From Chlamydiae bacterium RIFCSPLOWO2_12_FULL_45_20 (GTDB taxonomy: Bacteria; Chlamydiota; Chlamydiia; Chlamydiales; SM23-39), in assembly GCA_001796285.1 (NCBI GenBank), contig MGMD01000001.1, positions 74,143-138,142 of the forward strand: a stretch of 64,000 nt of DNA. Reading direction: 5' to 3'. A program made the position numbers and the translations under genes. Shown here piece by piece: positions 58,494-64,000 of the stretch. The notes under the pieces were generated by a model. It was not told where the DNA came from, did no database searches, and saw only the letters and a list, made by a program, of their open reading frames with translations. The first letter of the stretch is position 1, and each line of letters begins with the position of its first letter.

Positions 58494-58736
58494 ATGTCTA
58501 ATGGAGAGATCATCCTCTATACCACTGAGGATGGAAAAACCGCGATTCATCTCAAGGCTCAGGGAGAGACGGTTTGGTTGACGCAGATGGAACTTGCTGA
58601 CCTATTTCAAACAACCAAACAAAATATCAGCTTGCATATCAAGAACATACTTTCGACAAATGAATTGTCAGAAGCAGTAGTCAAGGATAACTTGACAACT
58701 GCCGCTGATGGCAAGCGCTATAAGACTAAGTTATAA
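58494..58736 (+). pseudogene. RhuM-family protein, N-terminal fragment (80 aa)
   Basis: IILYTTEDGKTAIHLKAQGETVWLTQMELADLFQTTKQNISLHIKNI...TTAADGKRYKTK matches the conserved N-terminus of RhuM-like proteins, which are normally several-fold longer. Confidence 0.6.
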
Positions 58737-58908
58737 AATCTCCCAACCTTTTACTGATAACCACTTGTAAATAAGGTTGGAAATGGGTTGTTTTCTGGAA
58801 AATTACGCAGTATTTACGCAGTTTAAGAAAAAGTTGTCACATTTTTCACAATCCAAAAGGCTCACGATGTAACAGGAATTCTCTAGTGTGTTACAACCGT
58901 CACACTTG

Positions 58909-59358
58909 TTACAGTGACTTTAGCGCAATACGTTCTTGTAGATTTAGGAAATCGGTCGAAGAATCGGGATCGAGGATGATAAAGCATAATAGGGGCTCTA
59001 ACGCGTCTTTATGGTTCAAGATTCCCTTATCGGAAGTAAGAAATAAGTTAGCCTTGTTCTTATAAGCTGTGTCAAGTTGCCTACAGTCTCCGTCTCTTTG
59101 GGGGTCTATACCCAAAATCTTTTGGATTTCGGGGAATTTTTCCGAGTGCTTTATATCTTCCCAGGCGTAGTCGGCTTTTTTCCAAGGAGAATGGCATTCG
59201 GCCCAGGTGATTTGAGTTGGCACGCCGTGGTTTTGAATTTTAGAGTTTGCTCCTTCAAACGGAAATTGGATTAGTTTTACCTGCCCTTTCTCTTCGTAGG
59301 TTTTTGTTAGCGATTTCACTTTTTTAAAGTTAGAGCATCGATCGATATATATGTTCAT
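58909..59358 (-). CDS. hypothetical protein, possibly PIN-like
   Basis: 149 aa. The N-terminus NIYIDRC and the later RQLDTAYKNKANLFLTSDKGIL resemble the first and last acidic motifs of PIN-type nucleases. The evidence is weak. Confidence 0.45.
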   Translation of the reverse strand: MNIYIDRCSNFKKVKSLTKTYEEKGQVKLIQFPFEGANSKIQNHGVPTQITWAECHSPWKKADYAWEDIKHSEKFPEIQKILGIDPQRDGDCRQLDTAYKNKANLFLTSDKGILNHKDALEPLLCFIILDPDSSTDFLNLQERIALKSL

Positions 59359-59431
59359 GCGCCTGATCCTTTTTTACAAAAAAATTGTAGCAGAAAGGTT
59401 GAATAGGAGCAGCGCTTTTTATGCTGGTTTA

Positions 59432-59570
59432 ATCCAGTCTAGTGCGTAAATACTGCGTAATTGAGGTTTATGCAGCTGAATTTTTCGGTGTGAATTTCGT
59501 GTTGTATGTCACTAAAAACAAAAGGCTTCAGTCGTTAAACTGAAGCCTTAATTTGGATTGGAGGTGGAGA
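59432..59570. repeat. copy B of the tmRNA 3'-end/downstream-flank repeat (139 nt, attached to the intact tmRNA)
   Basis: See copy A. Positions 59559-59570 belong to the functional tmRNA 3' end. Confidence 0.85.
59513..59547 (-). terminator. rho-independent terminator of ssrA
   Basis: On the minus strand, GGCTTCAGT-TTAACG-ACTGAAGCC is followed by TTTTGTTTTT, beginning about 12 nt after the tmRNA 3' end. Confidence 0.7.
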
Positions 59571-59930
59571 GAATTGAACTCTCGTCCTTAGCAAACTCGG
59601 AACATCGATGACTACATGCTTAGAGCCTTAAAAATAAATTAGCCTGACGAAAAGCTCGGATCGCAAAGGGCTAACTGGACTTTCTCTATCTCGAACTCCT
59701 TCCTAGATCATCCCAAAGGGAAAGGGTTCATACCAAGACGTATGACAGTAGACATCTGAAACTCCCGGTCAGATCTCAGGCTACCGCCTCACAAACTGCG
59801 GTTAAGCAGCGTTGAGGGACAAATCGTAAGATTCGTCGTTTATTGTTTAATCGGAAGATTAAAGAGGCCAACCGATCATCCTCTGCATGCCACCTATGCC
59901 TCACTTCTAAGTCGAAACCTTGACACCCCC
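59559..59930 (-). ncRNA. ssrA: tmRNA (transfer-messenger RNA)
   Basis: The 5' end is GGGGGTGTCAAGGTTTCGAC.., and the 3' end is ..GGACGAGAGTTCAATTCTCTCCACCTCCA. This gives a tRNA-Ala-like acceptor with a G3:U70 pair and a T-arm. The internal tag frame is ..AAC GAC GAA TCT TAC GAT TTG TCC CTC AAC GCT GCT TAA. CCA is not encoded. Confidence 0.9.
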
Positions 59931-60096
59931 AGGAGGGGAAGATCTAAAACAGACCTTCCCCCTCTGGGAACGTGAAGGGCATAGCCTTTACCCCCTTATT
60001 ATAACCGATTTAACACTTTTTTGTGAATAGGGGTGTGTTTTCTCAGTTTGGTATTAATGCTCAATCTCTTATACTTGGGTGGTTTGAGGGGTAGAT

Positions 60097-63000
60097 ATGT
60101 TCGAATTTTTCCCTGGTGAAAGCTTCCCAGAAAGAGAAGAAAGGGTGTTGGCATTTTGGCAAAAAGAGGGGATTTTTCAACAGTCCATCGACCCCAAAAA
60201 ACCTTCATTCTCCTTCTATGACGGTCCCCCGTTTGCAACGGGGCTGCCTCATTATGGACACCTCCTTGCGGGCACCATCAAAGATGTCGTCCCTCGCTAT
60301 AAAACAATGCAAGGTTTCTCTGTTGAACGCCGCTTTGGATGGGATTGTCATGGCCTTCCCATTGAAAATGAGATCGAAAAGGCCAAAGAACTTTCCGGGG
60401 CAAGCGCCATTGAGCAGTTTGGCATCAATCTCTTTAATGAGGAGTGTCGTAACATCGTCTTGCGATATACCAGTGAATGGAAAAAAACCGTTGATCGGAT
60501 GGGACGCTGGGTCGACTTTAGCAATACCTACCGGACCATGGATCTTCCCTTCATGGAAAGTGTGTGGTGGGTATTTCAGCAGTTGTGGAATCAAGGACTC
60601 GTTTACGAAGGTTTCAAGGTCATGCCTTTTTCGATGAAATTAGGCACTCCTCTTTCAAACTTTGAAGCAAATCTCAATTATCGAGAAGTGGACGATCCTT
60701 CGGTGATTATCCAGTTTGAACTTGAAGGAAAAGCAGGTGAGTATTTTCTCGCCTGGACAACTACTCCCTGGACGCTCCCCTCTAACTTGGCTCTGATGGT
60801 TGGCCCTGATGTGGACTACATTCAGGTAGAAAAAGAGGGAAAACTCTACTGGCTTGCTGACACGCAATTCGCCGCCCATTTTAAGAAAGGAGAGCGGATA
60901 GTTCAGAAGATCAAGGGAAGGCAGCTTGTGGGCCAACGGTACAAACCTCTTTTTTCTTTTTTTCACGATCGCAACGCCTTTCGCGTCATTGGAGAAGAGT
61001 CGGTATCAACGGAAGAAGGAACAGGTATTGTCCATAGCGCTCCCGCTTTCGGAGAAATGGATTTTTTTGCCTGCAAAAGAGAAAACATTGAACTAGTGTG
61101 CCCGATAGATAGTAACGGGAGATTCACCTCAGAGGTAGGCCCTTGGGCAGGGCTTTTGGTCAAGGATGCAGATAAAGAAATTCTGAGGGAGCTGAAAAAG
61201 CAAGGCAAGGTTTTTTATCAAGGAACCATTCGCCATAGATACCCGTTTTGTTGGAGATCCGACACTCCTTTAATCTATAAAGCAGTGAAGACCTGGTTTG
61301 TAGCCGTTGAAAAAATCAAAGATCAGCTCCTCGCATCCAATGAGGAGATCTATTGGGTCCCCGGGCATATCAAGAAGGGCCGGTTTGGGAAGTGGCTTGA
61401 ACAGGCAAGAGACTGGGCCATTAGTCGCAATCGCTATTGGGGAACTCCCATCCCCATCTTTCGGTCCGATTCGGGCAAAATACAAGTTGTGGGTAGCATT
61501 CAAGAATTGGAGCGTTTAACAGGGGCTACAATAGAAGATTTACACCGCCATAAGATCGATCATCTGAGTTTTCAGCTAGACGGGGAAGTGTTCCGGAGGA
61601 TTCCCGAAGTATTTGATTGTTGGTTCGAGTCAGGATCGATGCCCTACGCACAAAATCATTACCCTTTTGAGCACAAAAAGGAATTTGAAAAAAATTTCCC
61701 CGCCGATTTTATCGCGGAAGGGTTAGATCAAACACGCGGTTGGTTTTATACGTTGACCGTGCTTTCAACAGCACTTTTTAAAAAGCCCGCTTTTAAAAAC
61801 ATCATTGTAAATGGGATCATTCTGGCTGAAGATGGCAATAAAATGTCCAAGAGACTCAAAAACTACCCTGATCCAGAGCTTGTTATTTCCCAATATGGTG
61901 CGGATGCCGTTCGTTTGTATATGCTCAATAGTCCTGCCGTAAAAGCGGAAGATCTGCGTTTTTCAGAAAGAGGGGTAGAACAAGTTTTAAGACAAGTGCT
62001 AATCCCTTTTTGGAACTCGTTTGTCTTCTTATCAACCTACGCGAAGATCTATCGCTGGAGTCCCAAAAAAGAAAAGCCCAAGGCGTTAATCGATCGGTGG
62101 ATTCTTTCAAAAACGCAAAAATTGGTACTAGAAGTAACAACCGGCATGGAAGGCTACGATCTTAATCAAGCAGTCACTCCCCTTGTAGGATTTATCGAAG
62201 AGCTCACAAACTGGTACATTCGAAGGTCTAGGGCAAGATTTTGGGCCGATGAAGATACACCTGATCGAAGAGAAGCATTTAGTACTCTTTACGAGGGGCT
62301 CTTAACTCTCAGTAAAGTGGCCGCTCCCTTCATTCCCTTTTTAAGCGATGCGATTTATCGCGAATTAAAGACAGAGAGTATGCCAGAATCGGTTCACCTA
62401 GCCGCTTTCCCTAAAGTCGATGACGAGGTAAGAGATCTGGAACTAGAGCGGGAGGTGGCAGCGGCACAGGCGGCTGTGAGCTTGGGCCACTCGCTCAGAA
62501 AAGAATACAAGCTGAAAGTCAGACAACCCTTGGCTAAAGCCCACCTCATCACGTCTAACGAGGAACTTTTAGGGGCTTTGCAAAAGCAACAGAACCTCAT
62601 CGCCGATGAACTCAATGTGAAAAAAATCGAACTGCATAGCGATGAAGCGCAGTTTGTTCAGTGGCTTGTAAAACCGAATTTTCCCGTCCTAGGCAAAAAA
62701 ATTGGGAAATTAATGCCGGAGGCCAAAACAGTCATGCAACAATTCTCCCGCTCTCAGATCCAGACACTTGCAACAGGCCATACAGTGGTCGTCAAAATCG
62801 GTAAAGAGATGGTTGAACTAGAGCCCTCTGATGTACAGATTGAAAGGCAAGTCAAAGCAGGGCTTGCTGCAGGTAATAGCGGAGAATTAACGGTTGCTCT
62901 AGATACGGCCCTCAACGAAGATCTTTTAATGGAAGGGCTGGCAAGAGAGTTGATTAATAAGATCAATACCATGAGAAAAGAGATGGGCTTTGAGGTGACG

Positions 63001-63174
63001 GATCGGATCCGCATGATCCTCGACACCACGGAAAGAGTCCAAGCTTGTTTTCAGAAATTCGGAGATCTCATCGCTCATGAAGTGTTGGCGCGGGAAGTAA
63101 CATTTCAGGGATGCCCAGGAACCCTGGTGGATCTCAATGGAGAGGAGACGAAAATCTTACTGGAGAGAATGTGA
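60097..63174 (+). CDS. ileS: isoleucyl-tRNA synthetase (long, eukaryote-like type 2 form)
   Basis: 1025 aa. It has PFATGLPHYGHLLAG (HIGH) and KMSKRLKNYP (KMSKS), with a CP1 editing domain in between. Confidence 0.97.
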   Translation: MFEFFPGESFPEREERVLAFWQKEGIFQQSIDPKKPSFSFYDGPPFATGLPHYGHLLAGTIKDVVPRYKTMQGFSVERRFGWDCHGLPIENEIEKAKELSGASAIEQFGINLFNEECRNIVLRYTSEWKKTVDRMGRWVDFSNTYRTMDLPFMESVWWVFQQLWNQGLVYEGFKVMPFSMKLGTPLSNFEANLNYREVDDPSVIIQFELEGKAGEYFLAWTTTPWTLPSNLALMVGPDVDYIQVEKEGKLYWLADTQFAAHFKKGERIVQKIKGRQLVGQRYKPLFSFFHDRNAFRVIGEESVSTEEGTGIVHSAPAFGEMDFFACKRENIELVCPIDSNGRFTSEVGPWAGLLVKDADKEILRELKKQGKVFYQGTIRHRYPFCWRSDTPLIYKAVKTWFVAVEKIKDQLLASNEEIYWVPGHIKKGRFGKWLEQARDWAISRNRYWGTPIPIFRSDSGKIQVVGSIQELERLTGATIEDLHRHKIDHLSFQLDGEVFRRIPEVFDCWFESGSMPYAQNHYPFEHKKEFEKNFPADFIAEGLDQTRGWFYTLTVLSTALFKKPAFKNIIVNGIILAEDGNKMSKRLKNYPDPELVISQYGADAVRLYMLNSPAVKAEDLRFSERGVEQVLRQVLIPFWNSFVFLSTYAKIYRWSPKKEKPKALIDRWILSKTQKLVLEVTTGMEGYDLNQAVTPLVGFIEELTNWYIRRSRARFWADEDTPDRREAFSTLYEGLLTLSKVAAPFIPFLSDAIYRELKTESMPESVHLAAFPKVDDEVRDLELEREVAAAQAAVSLGHSLRKEYKLKVRQPLAKAHLITSNEELLGALQKQQNLIADELNVKKIELHSDEAQFVQWLVKPNFPVLGKKIGKLMPEAKTVMQQFSRSQIQTLATGHTVVVKIGKEMVELEPSDVQIERQVKAGLAAGNSGELTVALDTALNEDLLMEGLARELINKINTMRKEMGFEVTDRIRMILDTTERVQACFQKFGDLIAHEVLAREVTFQGCPGTLVDLNGEETKILLERM

Positions 63175-63734
63175 AGCACCTCTATTTATGTCGGCATGGA
63201 GAGACAGCGTGGACCCTGTCATCGCAGCATACGAGTACTACAGATATCGAACTGACTGAGAGGGGGGCTGCACAAGCTAAAAAACTTAGAACTCGCATGG
63301 AAAAGGTTCCCTTGGATGCGGTCTTTACAAGTCCCCTCCGAAGGGCTAGGGACACTTGTCAGAATCCCAAGGCCAGGATCGATCCCAACCTTGTGGAATG
63401 GGGCTATGGTGATTATGAGGGACTGACTACCCAAGAAATTCAAGCTAAACATCCCCAATGGAATCTTTTTCAAAATGGTGCGCCTCATGGAGAGTCTGTG
63501 CGTGATGTGAGGAAAAGAGCCGATGCGTTTCTAAAGAGGATTAGAGCGTATGAAGGGAACGTTGCTGTATTCTCCCATGGGCATTTTATGCGAGTGCTCG
63601 CTGCCAGGTATCTGGGGCTCAAAGTAGAGAAGGGACAAATGTTTACTCTCTCTGTCGCATCGCTATCTATTTTAGGATCTGAGCATGACCATCCAGCCAT
63701 CCTTCTTTGGAATGATACGGATCATTTAGTGTGA
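63171..63734 (+). CDS. histidine phosphatase family protein (phosphoglycerate mutase-like)
   Basis: (V)KHLYLCRHGETAWT carries the RHG motif, and SHGHFMRVL carries the second His. The GTG start overlaps the ileS stop (GTGA). Confidence 0.8.
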   Translation: MKHLYLCRHGETAWTLSSQHTSTTDIELTERGAAQAKKLRTRMEKVPLDAVFTSPLRRARDTCQNPKARIDPNLVEWGYGDYEGLTTQEIQAKHPQWNLFQNGAPHGESVRDVRKRADAFLKRIRAYEGNVAVFSHGHFMRVLAARYLGLKVEKGQMFTLSVASLSILGSEHDHPAILLWNDTDHLV

Positions 63735-63961
63735 TCCTTTAAAAATCGCTTCCAAGGACGGGGCTGATCGGATGCATGAGAAGGAATCAGGCAAAACATC
63801 GCAAGTAACGCGGCAACAATGAGGTAGTTTTGAAGGCCCATGGGAAGCCAAGGAGTGGGGTATGAAAATCCAAGATAGATTAGTAAGCCTGTAGGCAATA
63901 CCTGAAAAAGATGCATTTTGTTCCACTGTTCTTTATAAGAAAGCAGAGCAAATAGGAACAT
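63722..63961 (-). CDS. possible membrane protein
   Basis: Hydrophobic 79-aa ORF near the window edge. It overlaps the phosphatase 3' end by 13 nt. No motif recognised. Confidence 0.3.
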   Translation of the reverse strand: MFLFALLSYKEQWNKMHLFQVLPTGLLIYLGFSYPTPWLPMGLQNYLIVAALLAMFCLIPSHASDQPRPWKRFLKDHTK

Positions 63962-64000
63962 GAGAACAGCGGATAGGATGCCTACGAGGCTAAAATAATC

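Overview
This window reads as a chromosome segment from a Chlamydiota-type bacterium, probably an environmental or amoeba-associated lineage. That assignment is an inference from four observations: a chlamydia-like GroEL, a double-length UvrA, a SET-domain protein, and a cdaA-ybbR pair. About 1-44.7 kb and 60-64 kb are densely packed core genes: rplT/rpmI/infC, tRNA-Val, folC, murB, nusB, cydAB, cdaA-cdaR, LPS/lipid A genes, rsmE, pyk, uvrA, msbA-like, accA, an L,D-transpeptidase, HU/IHF, tyrS, rpiA, ptsH, pepF, groES/EL, NlpC/P60, SET, ileS. Several unassignable ORFs are interspersed among them. About 44.7-59.6 kb is a visibly AT-richer mosaic accessory region that ends at the 3' end of the tmRNA gene (59559-59930, minus strand). 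It contains three group II intron fragments, ISAs1 and IS66 transposase remnants, and a duplicated copy of the tmRNA 3' end plus its downstream flank. It also contains a run of signal-peptide-bearing hydrolases (Nudix, BNR/sialidase-like, EEP), a CPBP protease, two TetR-linked small-molecule-modification modules, and a RhuM fragment next to a PIN-like ORF. The items I consider most worth follow-up are listed here. (1) A 957-aa protein with four blocks of Gly-X-Y triplets and an unassignable 740-aa remainder (14472-17345). (2) The signal-peptide hydrolase cluster in the island. (3) The decayed tmRNA-linked island with its duplicated attachment region. (4) A canonical EF-hand loop inside an ABC exporter. 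(5) An EarP-like 595-aa ORF. (6) A half-length ThrRS paralogue in the thrS slot. I found no CRISPR array, rRNA, intact integrase or intact transposase. All homology statements come from motif recognition by eye, not from searches.
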